DNA of 63,870 nucleotides, the filler included, from Trichomonas gallinae (lineage: Eukaryota), in NCBI GenBank assembly GCA_008369845.1. It is 7 parts of 7 records of this genome, joined end to end, with 100 filler letters (N's around TTAATTAATTAA, not from the genome) between each part and the next. Parts side by side here need not be neighbours in the genome. Positions count along the whole stretch, not along the records: positions 1 to 13,937 come from MRSU01001461.1; positions 14,038 to 19,503 come from MRSU01001474.1; positions 19,604 to 30,444 come from MRSU01001476.1; 4 more parts are not named here. One strand, 5' to 3'. Shown one piece after another: positions 10,528 to 21,589 of the stretch. Within the stretch, counting starts at the first letter, position 1. Each line of letters opens with the position of its first letter. The notes beneath the pieces were generated by a model. That model saw only the letters and a list, made by a program, of their open reading frames with translations, did no database searches and was not told the origin of the DNA. Both the position numbers and the translations under genes were made by a program.

Positions 10528-11814
10528 TCATTGATCTTGAACTGGATAATCCAATAGTAGCTCGTTGATATCATGGCTTTCAATAAGTTCTTCAATAGGT
10601 ATTAGCCAATCATGCGTGTTTTGTTTGATTGAATTAAAAATTTGATGTAAATCAGAATTACTGAGAATAACACCATTATCAAACAATGTATTGAAGTCTG
10701 ATAGGATTTCAAATAGAGAATTGAAATCAATTCCTTCAAAAATATCAAATTTGCATTTTGAAAGAGCTGATGTTATTAGGATCAAGGAAATTACTTTTCT
10801 AGTTGTTTTCATTGTATTATAAGTTTCTATGATGAAATTTAAACTTCGATTAGTTAATTTGCATGGAAATCCTGTAGCAATGAAGGAATTAATGAACAAT
10901 AGTATTGAATCACGAGAAAATTCGCTATTTTCGAATATTTGATCGGTTTCGTCTATGTCTTGTTCAAAAATTGTTATATTGAATGAATTTTTTTCTATTA
11001 GTATTGACATTATCCAATACACAATGCTTGGATACTTAAATTTGTAGTGTCTAATGTGATTTATCAGATTATCGGATAGAATTGATGTTTGATTTGAAAT
11101 TTCAATTAAATAAAGAGCAACAAAGATAAATTCATTTGATAATTCAAAATTATCAAATAGAAACTCAATTAATCTCATAATATTTGGTAAATATTTGTCC
11201 AAAAATCCAAAATTGTTATTATACTTGCACATGCTAAAAATCATAACAGAAATTGCATGTGTAGATCGTACATCTTTCACATTGTGGCATAGATCTAGCA
11301 AATGCAAAATAAATTCATTAGTTATTAATTCACAAAATTGATTATGCCGAATAAGATTTGATACAACAGTAGCAATATTCGCAACATCAAATTCACATGT
11401 TATTTCATGATTTAATATAAAAGAAATGATATCATTTCTAATTATAATGGACAAATATTCAGAGTTTGATGTTAAACTTGTCAAAATTGAGAATATAATT
11501 GTGAAATTATCTGGATCTGAGTCAATTAATTGATGCAAAATGTCTAGAAAACCTTCATCAATTATTCGTTGAGAAAATGGAATTTTTTCTAAACTACAAA
11601 AATATTCGGATAATTTTGCCATTATTATACGTATTTGCTCGATTTTTGAAGTCTGGATTAGTTTATTCAGTTCTTTTGCATATGCAATCACCATCATCTC
11701 AAAATCGAATAAATCATTCGAATCCTCTTCATCAATAGCTTTCTCTTTATCATATTCCCGTAGTAAAATGCTTGAAATCTGCGATGAACCGATAATAGAA
11801 GAATCAACATCCAT
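10528..11814 (-). CDS. ARM/HEAT-like alpha-helical hypothetical protein
   Basis: First ATG at 11814 after TCATAT Inr-like element; IIDEGFLDILHQLI / IIRNDIISFIL amphipathic repeats. Confidence 0.65.
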   Translation of the reverse strand: MDVDSSIIGSSQISSILLREYDKEKAIDEEDSNDLFDFEMMVIAYAKELNKLIQTSKIEQIRIIMAKLSEYFCSLEKIPFSQRIIDEGFLDILHQLIDSDPDNFTIIFSILTSLTSNSEYLSIIIRNDIISFILNHEITCEFDVANIATVVSNLIRHNQFCELITNEFILHLLDLCHNVKDVRSTHAISVMIFSMCKYNNNFGFLDKYLPNIMRLIEFLFDNFELSNEFIFVALYLIEISNQTSILSDNLINHIRHYKFKYPSIVYWIMSILIEKNSFNITIFEQDIDETDQIFENSEFSRDSILLFINSFIATGFPCKLTNRSLNFIIETYNTMKTTRKVISLILITSALSKCKFDIFEGIDFNSLFEILSDFNTLFDNGVILSNSDLHQIFNSIKQNTHDWLIPIEELIESHDINELLLDYPVQDQ

Positions 11815-12091
11815 TATATATAAATATGACAAATAAATATTTACATGTCAACTTTTTTAAGAAGTTGACACATGCAAAAAGACTTGCCTCAGGTTGAACG
11901 GAACTTATCCAGTGTCAAGAATGGTTGAATTTCATGCGAGATATACTCAAAAATTATGAGCTCTAATAAAAATTAATTATTTCAAAAATTAATTTTCCTT
12001 TTACCAGTAATTCTCTACGTCATTATATTACTACCTTACTTACTAGAATTGTAATACCCTATCAGAGCTTGCAACAAATTAACATCCAAAT

Positions 12092-12451
12092 TTATCTAAA
12101 TTGAGTTTCAAGTTCTTCTATACGCGCATTTAACTCGTTGGAATTTGTAAGTAAAGATGATAAGAATCTTATCTGTTGGTTAGACCATGTAGATAGTTCT
12201 TTGATTTCGGAATCAATCTGATCAAGTTGCTCTTCTGGTGTTAGGTTTTTTTCTGGAGTTGTAACAGGCACTACCTTCTGTTTTGGTGTGGGAGGAGTGA
12301 TAACAGCCTTTGGTGAAGGTAAAATTTTTGGAGAATTTGAAATTTGAGGCTGCTGTGTCTCAGAAGGCTTGAATATGGAACTAGAACCTCCGAAACTGAA
12401 AGGTCTCTTCTGTTGATTTGCAGCGTTACTAGACAATTGGAAAAAATTCAT
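12092..12451 (-). CDS. Small hypothetical protein (low-complexity N-terminus, C-terminal coiled coil)
   Basis: ATG at 12451; PFSFGGSSSIF, several SP/TP sites, heptad-like C-terminus. Confidence 0.6.
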   Translation of the reverse strand: MNFFQLSSNAANQQKRPFSFGGSSSIFKPSETQQPQISNSPKILPSPKAVITPPTPKQKVVPVTTPEKNLTPEEQLDQIDSEIKELSTWSNQQIRFLSSLLTNSNELNARIEELETQFR

Positions 12452-13479
12452 TTGCAAAATAAAAGTAATTAATGCATCACATCAAAAAACGATTATTTTC
12501 GCTTCAAAAGAAGATTTTTGTCTATAATCCTCGGTTTCCTGTTATGCCTAAGTATTGCATAGAACCAATATGAATGGATGACTCTCAGATTCTTAATACA
12601 TCAAATTATTGGATTTCATCAATTGAACCGATTTTCTGCAGTAATCGATGCAGAGAGTTATTTTTTGATGCGTGTAATATTGTCATTCGTAGATTCGTAA
12701 ATATTAAGAGATAAACAAGATTTCGACTATTTTAAGCTCTTTTATTCAATATTAGCTCGATAAAGATGTAGTATGGGTAAAATAGCGAAGAGAAGTAGAA
12801 AAATTCGAATTGTTGAAGAGATGTCAATCCTTTCTGTCTAATTAATGAATATATTGCAATTAATATTGGTCAAAATGCAATACAATCATAATCTTTGTAT
12901 CAATTATTAGACGTATATTTAATTATTATCATTAGATTGGGAAATAATTATTAAATATGATGAAAATATTAATTTTGTGGACGAAATATTTATTTCATGA
13001 AAATAGTGAATTGTTAAATAGTAAACATGTCAGGTTACTAAAAGAAATTTCGTCGAAATTTATGATTTGGAAAAAATTATAGTGATTGCTATTAAATGGA
13101 GTTCAGAATCCATTAAAGTGAGTGTATGTTGTACATTGTTTAATGAAATTTTGATGTTGTAACTAGAGTCGTTGAATTTGGAGATATATTCTCCGACTAA
13201 CAACAAAAAGTAATGACAAATATCTTAGATAGCATCTTATTTTATTGGTTATGATCAAACCACCTTCTTAAAATCGCGAAACGACAAAAAAATTTCATGA
13301 CAAAAAATGAAAACATGATAAAAAACCATAATATTAGATATACATATTAAATAACAAATATTGATTTTATTGATTTATTTAAAAAACCAAAAAATCATAG
13401 CAAAAATCTAGTATTTGCTATTTCTTTCTAAATTTTTCTAATTTTCTAGATATGCTCTCTCCAAAAAATCATTTTTTTC

Positions 13480-13937
13480 ATGAAAGCAGGACATATTACA
13501 AAGACCTCTGGCACTGTTGAAGCAGCGGAAGAATACAATCAGTTAGAGGTCGAGTTCGCACTGCAGGAATTACAGACAATTGACAGTGATTTGCAATTGC
13601 ACGCAGTATTTTATCTTCGTTCTGCTCTTCAAAAACCGTATGGTAATCAGATTCTTAACGATTACAATGACGTTGTAATCTTTTTAATCGCGATGGCTCA
13701 AAATCAGACAAATCCAGATATTAAAGCTATAGCAATTGAAGCTCTTTCAGTTGCTATTACTCTTTCAAACTGCTCACCTGATCCATTGGAGAGTTCTCCA
13801 GGATTTTGCGAATCTTTATACGATGATTTTCAAAGTAATCCGCCTTGGATTCAAGGAACTATCGCAATCATTACATATTTATTTGCATTCGAAAAATGCC
13901 GTGAAATTTTCTTACAAAAGAATATAATTTCAATTCT
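13480..13937 (+). CDS. ARM-like hypothetical protein, 3'-truncated by contig gap
   Basis: TCATTT Inr at 13469, ATG at 13480, frame open until the Ns. Confidence 0.65.
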
Positions 13938-14037
13938 NNNNNNNNNNNNNNNNNNNNNNNNNNNNNNNNNNNNNNNNNNNNTTAATTAATTAANNNNNNN
14001 NNNNNNNNNNNNNNNNNNNNNNNNNNNNNNNNNNNNN
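13938..14037. other. Artificial contig spacer
   Basis: N44-TTAATTAATTAA-N44; linker has stops in all six frames. Confidence 0.97.
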
Positions 14038-15245
14038 ATTTCTGTGCTCCAAAAAGACTTCAGTTCTAGGACCGTTATGATTTTAACGTCATTTCTATCG
14101 TCATTGGTACACCTCTCCATCAACCATTGGTTTAGGTTTATCTGGTTCTATATATTAAAGGATTAAAGAAAAACTCGATAATAATATTCAAACCTAAAAA
14201 TGTGTATATTTCATCATTTGGGGTTAATATATAATATATATTGGGTGAAATATAAAGATATTTAATGAGTAATTTGGATTATAATGAGTTTTTGAATAAA
14301 ATGAAAATTTCTCGAAATATAAACAATGTTTAGGACAATGATTTGGTTTATTCAACGCATAAATTGATGTGTGGTGTGTATGTAGAAGAATATTAATGGA
14401 TTGCAGTGAAATCTGACGAAAATCGGACGTTTTATATTAACGGACGAAAGCTGTTTATGCAAAACTCATGGCAAATAAAGATAATGAGTAGGTCTCTGGG
14501 CTGAACTATGCAGCACAAGGTGAAGTATGATATGAGTACAATAAGATGCGACAAACTATTATGGGGTCAGGAAATTTCACATCATAAATAAAAGTTCGTT
14601 TAATATTCTTGATATTTAAAATATAATTTCTATACATTCTTTAAAAGCTAAATTTTAAAATAAAAAATTTTCTGAATTTGATGAAATAAGGTTAATTTGA
14701 TAAATTATTTATTTTTTCTTTTTTATGAGATAAATCTATATATTATTTCATACATATCAGTTTTTACTTATTAAAATTTCTTAATCGTCATTATTTCAAA
14801 ACGTTCCAATTTAATTGCATTATTATGGCATTTTTAAACTGATTTTTTGTAACGTTTATGTATATATTATTGGATTTTTATTGCCAAGAGGCGAATAAAA
14901 TTCAAAAACGAACTGTTAAAAACAATAACCTGAATTTTTATAAAATTATAACACTATATCATATATTAATCCAAATAAAACCTTTTAGAAATGAAATAAA
15001 AATTCATTTTATTCAGTTTCTCGACAACTTCTCCCCAGGGCAAACTTTTTATATACATGAAATGGAGAGATTTTATGATTAATATATAATAGAACTATAT
15101 ATGAATGATTATATTTATCTATTAAATGTTGAAATATGTTAACAAAATAAAAAGTTATGAGTGGAAATAGTAAATAGTGAATAAAATAATAAAATTGAAA
15201 GGGTCTGTTCGGTTTTTTTAATAGAAGAAAAAAAAAAGAAAAAAG

Positions 15246-17864
15246 ATGCGGCGAGCTCTTGCGCCCATCGATCCTTCATATTTTGACAAGGCGAAAATGA
15301 GTGCCTTTGAGCTTATCGGCTGTCGTGTCGATGAAATTCCGAGGAAAGCTGATCTAGTTCCGCAGATATCAAGAGCAAAAATCTCTAGGTGTCATTTAAC
15401 TTGTTTACCGAAGGGCCTTGACAATTACCACTACATAAAGATCCTAGATCTTTCGGAAAATGAACTGACAACCGTTGAAGAAGTCGAAGTATCCGGTTTA
15501 ATAATTTTACAATACGTAGATTTAAGTTTAAACAGATTACAAACACTCACACCAGCACTGCCAAGTACAATATCACACTTAGACATCTCGTTTAATCCTG
15601 GCATTTCCGTTGAATCAATTTGGGCGTTGAAATTGCCAAAACTAGAAACATTGCGAATAACGCATTGCAACCTCTCTACACTTCCGACTTCTAAGCCTGT
15701 TTGGGTTGATTCACTCAGAACTTTGGCTTTAGATGGAAATAAATTCACAAGAATTCCAAAAGCGGTAGAAATATTCCCCAATTTAGACGAACTAACATTT
15801 TTCGGAAACGATTTCAAGCAATTTTCTTCGTTAAACGTAAATCATCCAATTAAAGTCTTAAACTATGTCCACAATCAAATTTCATCAGTAGAATCAAACC
15901 TGTCGCTGAAATGTCAGACCCTTTATCTAAATTACTGCCCGCTTACTAAAATTTACCAAAATATTTTGAATATTGCCGGATTGCGGGTTTTAATGCTCAG
16001 CAATACGAGCATAACTGGCGAGGTAGACATAATCTTGCCTCCTCAGTTAGCAATAATCGACCTCTCGTTCAACCACATAAACAGTCTTTCATCGAGATTT
16101 GTTCAAAGTACAGGATCTATATCAGTTATCAACCTCACGCACAACGATTTAAAGGTCATACCGGACGAATTCCCAAATCCAATCTCTTTTTCTCAAATTT
16201 TACTTTCACACAACAAATTATCTGAAATTCCTAAGTCAATGCTTTGCTCCAAATCTTGCGAGAGATTCTTCGTAGCACACAACAACCTCACGACAATACC
16301 CGAGTTCAGATTCCCTCAGCTGAGAGAGTTTGACGTCAGTTTTAACCAGCTTACAGAAATATCAGATTCTTTCGCCATCTGCTCGTTCCTGATAATAGCA
16401 AACTTCAGTTTCAACCAGCTTACAGACCTGCCGAAGTCTCTAGCCACGTGTAGAAGATTATCAGACTTATATGCAAGCAGAAACCAATTTACAGCTCTTC
16501 CTAAGTGCATATTCGGATTCGCATCCCTCAAGTTCCTCGTTTTGTCGTCTAATTTGTTAACTTCTCTTCCTTCTCCAGTTTCTTCGTTTTTCTTCTTGAA
16601 AACTCTTGATTTATCGAACAACAGATTTGTTTCCATACCGAAACAGATCGAATCCCTCCATTCGCTCAAAGTCTTGTCTTTATCTCACAATTTAATCGAA
16701 TCTATTGATCCAGAATTCAAATTCCCTCCAATGCTTTCAACACTCGACCTATCTTACAACCTCATCCCGGAGCTTAGCATTTCGGGCTCTTTTCCTGGAC
16801 TTCTCGCTTTATCAATGGCTTGCAATAAATTAACACTCAGAAACTTGAATGCTTTCCCCGCTGTCCACTTCTATTCTGACTTCGGCAACCAGGTTAAGGA
16901 GGATACGACGGATTACTCGAAACTCAAGAATCTTCGTGTATTCGAAGATTTCGGAAATTTGATTGGAACACCAGTAGCAGGAAAGCACTCCATGTACGCC
17001 AGGTTCCCAGCCAATCTGTCTGTCGGCTATGCATCATTTCTCGGCCCGAGACCAACAATGGAAGACACGGTCTGCTTCGAGTGCCTGAAAGACAACGATC
17101 TCATGGTCGCTTTATTCGACGGCCACGCGGGCTTTGAGGCCGCCGACCACTCGTCGCAGATCGTCAGGCAGGAGTACGAGAGAATCGTCCACTCAGGAAT
17201 TACTGACCCAGAAGATGTCGCGATTATGTTTTCAGGCGTGTTCGGTAACATTCAGGCGCTGTTGTCGACGATAGGCAGTGAAGGCGGCTGCACGGCGGCT
17301 CTTGCGATGGTAGTACGCAACACTGTCTACGCTGGAGGACTGGGCGACAGCAGAGTTATACGCGTCAAGAAAAACTGCGCGATCAGAATCACGCACGACT
17401 CTAAGCCGATGAACGTCGATGAATTCAGGCGATTGAAGTCTGTCGGCCTCGGAGTCACAGTCGATGGAAGAATCAAGAGAAAGCTTGCTGTCGCGAGAGC
17501 GCTCGGAGACTTCTGGTGCGGCGATGGCCTCTTCGTTATCCCGGACATCGTGCATTTCCCAATCGACGAGGATGATGTGGGAATTGTCGTCGCTTGCGAT
17601 GGACTGTGGGACGTCATGGAAGATGAGGAAGTCGGCATGGTCGTCAGGGAGGCAAAAAACGCGGAAGATGCGTCCATGCTGCTCAAGAACACGGCGCTGG
17701 CACTTGGAACCACAGACAACATATCTGTTGCTGTCGTCCTTTTCAGGCGCGGCGGCTTTGACCCATCAAACTACATAGAAAGGATTCCTATCCTGCAGAT
17801 CAACGAAGCTGACCAGGAGGAACCTCTCTTTATACCTCCTCCATCAGGAAGAAGGAGGCGATGA
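15246..17864 (+). CDS. Leucine-rich-repeat plus PP2C (PPM) phosphatase, PHLPP-like architecture
   Basis: Many LxxLxLSxNxL repeats; PP2C motifs RPTMED, LFDGHAG, GLGDSR, LAVARALGD, ACDGLWD, TDNIS. Confidence 0.93.
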   Translation: MRRALAPIDPSYFDKAKMSAFELIGCRVDEIPRKADLVPQISRAKISRCHLTCLPKGLDNYHYIKILDLSENELTTVEEVEVSGLIILQYVDLSLNRLQTLTPALPSTISHLDISFNPGISVESIWALKLPKLETLRITHCNLSTLPTSKPVWVDSLRTLALDGNKFTRIPKAVEIFPNLDELTFFGNDFKQFSSLNVNHPIKVLNYVHNQISSVESNLSLKCQTLYLNYCPLTKIYQNILNIAGLRVLMLSNTSITGEVDIILPPQLAIIDLSFNHINSLSSRFVQSTGSISVINLTHNDLKVIPDEFPNPISFSQILLSHNKLSEIPKSMLCSKSCERFFVAHNNLTTIPEFRFPQLREFDVSFNQLTEISDSFAICSFLIIANFSFNQLTDLPKSLATCRRLSDLYASRNQFTALPKCIFGFASLKFLVLSSNLLTSLPSPVSSFFFLKTLDLSNNRFVSIPKQIESLHSLKVLSLSHNLIESIDPEFKFPPMLSTLDLSYNLIPELSISGSFPGLLALSMACNKLTLRNLNAFPAVHFYSDFGNQVKEDTTDYSKLKNLRVFEDFGNLIGTPVAGKHSMYARFPANLSVGYASFLGPRPTMEDTVCFECLKDNDLMVALFDGHAGFEAADHSSQIVRQEYERIVHSGITDPEDVAIMFSGVFGNIQALLSTIGSEGGCTAALAMVVRNTVYAGGLGDSRVIRVKKNCAIRITHDSKPMNVDEFRRLKSVGLGVTVDGRIKRKLAVARALGDFWCGDGLFVIPDIVHFPIDEDDVGIVVACDGLWDVMEDEEVGMVVREAKNAEDASMLLKNTALALGTTDNISVAVVLFRRGGFDPSNYIERIPILQINEADQEEPLFIPPPSGRRRR

Positions 17865-18190
17865 GTATGTTGTTGTTTTATTATTTTATTTTTATTGTTT
17901 TTTCAATAATATATTATTTTTAAATACTTCATTATTTGTTGTTTCAAAATCAACTTTTATGATTATTATTTTTATGTGTGATGACTTCTGAGAGCGAATA
18001 CGTGAAGCAATATATGCAGCGTGATAATAAATTTATAGATGAATATCTTATGATGAATGCTATGAATTGAATTTCATCATGATATGAGATCCTATGTTGC
18101 TAAGATACTATATGTGTCGGATTTATTCTATTTTATTATAAATATCTTGAGGAATTTTATTGATAGTAATATCATACGAAAAATTATATT

Positions 18191-19180
18191 TTAATCAGAA
18201 TATCCATAGAATATCCCAAATGAAAAGAGAGTTTGTATACAATATGAATCTGTTGTATTTTCACGACGATTATCAATGAGATTCATAAGAGGGAAATCAA
18301 TGCACTTTTGTGTTGAGAAAAGATGAAGATTAAGAATAAGGAAATCTGTAGTTTTAAGATTCACAGAACCAACTGATGTTGTTTTATCAACATTTGGATT
18401 ATCAAGAAAGCATTTGTTAACAATAAAATTTGAAATGGTATTGTAGAACAGAGACTTGCCATAATTTGAAGAGAAAACACAAAAACTTATTTCAAGAGGT
18501 TGACAATTATAACTATAAACAATTCCATAGGAACTAGGATCTCTTATGACTATGTTATTAATTACAATGCAGTGATAAACAGAGTGATTATTCCGTTGAT
18601 GATGCATGATAATTTGTTCGTTAGCGGTGTTATTAAAGATAGAAGTGAAATTTATTCTGTGAGATGATGGATTATTGATACATTCATAGACAGCGTTGTA
18701 ATTGCATTTTGCATATGAAATGTTTGTGGAATCAATGAGTTGTTCTCCGCCATTTTGGGAAATACAACTAAATTGGCCCGTGCTTTTTGAAAGAGAATTC
18801 TCAATAACATAATTTTCTTTTGTTGTTTTAACACTTGAATGACATCCTGCACCATTGTCGTCAGGTATCGTAGAGTTTATACTGCAGACACGGTATTGGA
18901 TGCAAGATCCATCTTGTACGAAGATGGAACCACCAAATTGCGTTGAGTATGAACTATAAAAGAAAGATTCAGAAGTCAAAACATTGTTAGATGGTTGATT
19001 TATGATTCTAATGGCTCCATCTGGGCTAAGATGGATAAATGTTGCCTGGGAAACATAGATATTCCCTGGGTCGCTGATTTTTGTTTTTTGATTTTCTTTA
19101 TAAGGCTTATATTGAATATTATCGCCAACATAATGATTCCAAGCTCTGTCATCATTGTGAAGGGTGAGTAGTTCGGCCAC
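18191..19180 (-). pseudogene. Pmp-like right-handed beta-helix family ORF lacking a usable ATG
   Basis: 329 open codons with DGAI, GGSI and FxxN motifs; nearest upstream in-frame ATG (19231) is followed by two TAG stops. Confidence 0.6.
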
Positions 19181-19503
19181 AGGAAGAAAGCACTAATGTT
19201 GAAAATCGAATTGTTGGAACTTCTAGCTCATTTTTGAAAAATTTGAATTGCAACATATGTATATAGTCATAACATTGTTATATTTTAAAAATCAGTTGAA
19301 TCTCAATATAACCTTAATTTGATAAATCAGAATTAAAACAATAGTAAAACTTATATTTAGAAGTGTATTAAGCATCATTGATGTAAGAAGGATCATAATG
19401 ACAATTAAAAATTACTCAAATACTACCGTCATCCGCTTTTCGGGGATCAGCTGGGTTTTCGGGGATCTATTCAATTTTTTGACTCACGAAAATTAAAATA
19501 TAG

Positions 19504-19603
19504 NNNNNNNNNNNNNNNNNNNNNNNNNNNNNNNNNNNNNNNNNNNNTTAATTAATTAANNNNNNNNNNNNNNNNNNNNNNNNNNNNNNNNNNNNNNNNN
19601 NNN
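19504..19603. other. Artificial contig spacer
   Basis: N44-TTAATTAATTAA-N44. Confidence 0.97.
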
Positions 19604-19915
19604 GAGATCCTCCGTGGCGTTCTCAAGGATCCACAGTGCGATGTCGGCGTCTGCGCATTCGTCCCAGAGACAAACTCCATGAAATGCCTCCAGGAAGAGC
19701 TCTCTGACCCGAACTCCATCCTCCCACTCCTCAAGAAGCTCAAAGAAGAGTATCCAAACAAGCCACTCATCTGCGCCATCGAGTCTGGCGACAGATACAG
19801 GCCTCTCATCGACGGACTTCGCAGAGCTGGAATCGCCACTTTCGAGTCTGTCAACGCTGCTTCTAAGGCAGTCACAGCAATTGTCAAGGCCGCCAACAGA
19901 TTCAAGTCTAACTAA
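19604..19915 (+). CDS. C-terminal fragment of NDP-forming acyl-CoA synthetase / CoA-ligase-like protein (5'-truncated)
   Basis: EILRGVLKDPQCDVGVCAFVP...YPNKPLICAIESG...LRRAGIATFESVNAASKA; strong C-ending codon bias. Confidence 0.65.
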   Translation, partial: EILRGVLKDPQCDVGVCAFVPETNSMKCLQEELSDPNSILPLLKKLKEEYPNKPLICAIESGDRYRPLIDGLRRAGIATFESVNAASKAVTAIVKAANRFKSN

Positions 19916-20232
19916 GAATAAACCCATTAAAAGTTTAGTTTTAAATTAATTTACGAGTTTTCCACGTTTTTTACCTCTTCTGAATAGTTTTCAATTGCTG
20001 CAAATCGATTCATTGATTAGGAATCATTTGAACAAAATGAATAAAACGCTAACAGAAAGCCTACATACATGTATGCTTATACATTAATATAAGAAAAAAA
20101 AAATAAAGATAATATTTTGTCATTTTGCCTAATAAACATATATTTTGCCAAATTAACACTTTACAATGTCAAAAGAGCAATTCACAGAATATATTTAATA
20201 TTCAGCTAAATTATATGTTTTTATAGCTATCC

Positions 20233-20877
20233 ATGAAATTTGACTTCATTTGGATGAAGAATCAAAATCAGCCTGGATTCGAACAGGATAAAGATTATGT
20301 TGTGAGGCCAAATTCATGGTTTGGTGCAGATGGTTTTAACGTGCATTTACATGGCGGTCCTCTTCAAGGTTTTGTTCCAGATTCAAGAGCTTCAATTGAT
20401 AGATTCGAGGCAATTTCTATAAATTACGATGATTTCCCAACAAATAAGTTTGTTCATGAGTTCTTATTAAGTTATTCCATTGCTGGGTCAGATTTAAAGC
20501 GTTTTTATGCGCCAACAGCAATTTTTTCTTTAACTGTTGAAAGCGCAAAGAAATCATCACCATTACTCAACTATTTACGTGATAATTACTCGAGAAATAA
20601 CTTAGATACAACAGACGAACGATTTTTCCAAGAACCAAAAGATATTGTTGAAGCACAAGAGAATATGTTTCCAAATGGAATAAGTTGGATTCCTAATTCT
20701 CTATACAATTCTATTATATCACCAGGATTCTTTGGTGTTGTTTTGCATGGACATGCATCTACTACTGATCAGCTAACAATGAAGTTCACACGATCTTTCA
20801 TCATTGGCATGGATGATGAAAATACATTCATTATGAATGATCACATATATTTAGAAGATATTATTAGCGAATTATAA
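20233..20877 (+). CDS. NTF2-like domain protein, Mex67/NXF1-type
   Basis: LKRFYAPTAIFSLTV...YSRNNL...VVLHG...FTRSFIIG...IMNDHIYL resembles the NXF1 NTF2L domain. Confidence 0.7.
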   Translation: MKFDFIWMKNQNQPGFEQDKDYVVRPNSWFGADGFNVHLHGGPLQGFVPDSRASIDRFEAISINYDDFPTNKFVHEFLLSYSIAGSDLKRFYAPTAIFSLTVESAKKSSPLLNYLRDNYSRNNLDTTDERFFQEPKDIVEAQENMFPNGISWIPNSLYNSIISPGFFGVVLHGHASTTDQLTMKFTRSFIIGMDDENTFIMNDHIYLEDIISEL

Positions 20878-21213
20878 TTTCCTTGTTCTTTTATAAACAT
20901 TTGTTTGTATACTATAGCAATATATAAGTTACATTTGTAATATTATGCAATTGGATTCTTTCTATAAAAATTAATTTATGAATTGGTTAAAGATAGATTG
21001 ATACAATACAACTATTTATAAACAGAAACAAATAAGGAAATTGATATAGAACGTAATCTGAAATCAAAAATGAAACAATCATTATTATGCATTTGTATGA
21101 TCTAAAAACTAAATCTATAAAATTATGTGAGCCAAAATATATTATTAGAAGTCGTGAAATTAACTTTTGAAAAATAATTCGTTTTCATGTAGCTAAATAT
21201 CATATAAAAATTA

Positions 21214-21534
21214 CTAGTTAGTATATCCGCGACCATAGGCTTTCACTGTTCCTACACCAACCTGCAATTTATTAGATTTCAATTCGCGAATCTGTATTTC
21301 TGGCAATTGGGCAGCTTCTACTGTTGAAACATTGCATCCACGCATAACCATTAGACCTAAACGATTTGGTTCTCCAGTTTGACCTTCCAAGAATTTTTCT
21401 TCAACTTGCCGTAGGACGAGATTCATATGCTCATCGTAATTCATTAGTATTCCCTGGAATAATCTGCCCGAGATGGTCGTAACTGTTACAAGACCATTAA
21501 TGAGGCGCTGAAGATTCTTGACTTGAGTTTCCAT
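21214..21534 (-). CDS. Sm-domain protein, SmB-like
   Basis: GRLFQGILMNYDEHMNLVL (Sm1), RLGLMVMRGCNV (Sm2), GVGTVKAYGRG tail similar to SmB. Confidence 0.8.
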   Translation of the reverse strand: METQVKNLQRLINGLVTVTTISGRLFQGILMNYDEHMNLVLRQVEEKFLEGQTGEPNRLGLMVMRGCNVSTVEAAQLPEIQIRELKSNKLQVGVGTVKAYGRGYTN

Positions 21535-21589
21535 AAATGTATTTAGGGTCTAAAATATTTATACAGGGGATTTGCAAGGCATTTTTGGT

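Noticed and set aside
13982..13993. Recurring TTAATTAATTAA palindrome (six times)
   Set aside because: Always centred in identical N runs, so it is an assembly linker. Gene adjacency across it and ORFs containing X are not reliable.
14413..14449. Hammerhead ribozyme core (CTGACGA...CGAAA)
   Set aside because: Stem II does not close next to the core, and no stems I/III are evident.
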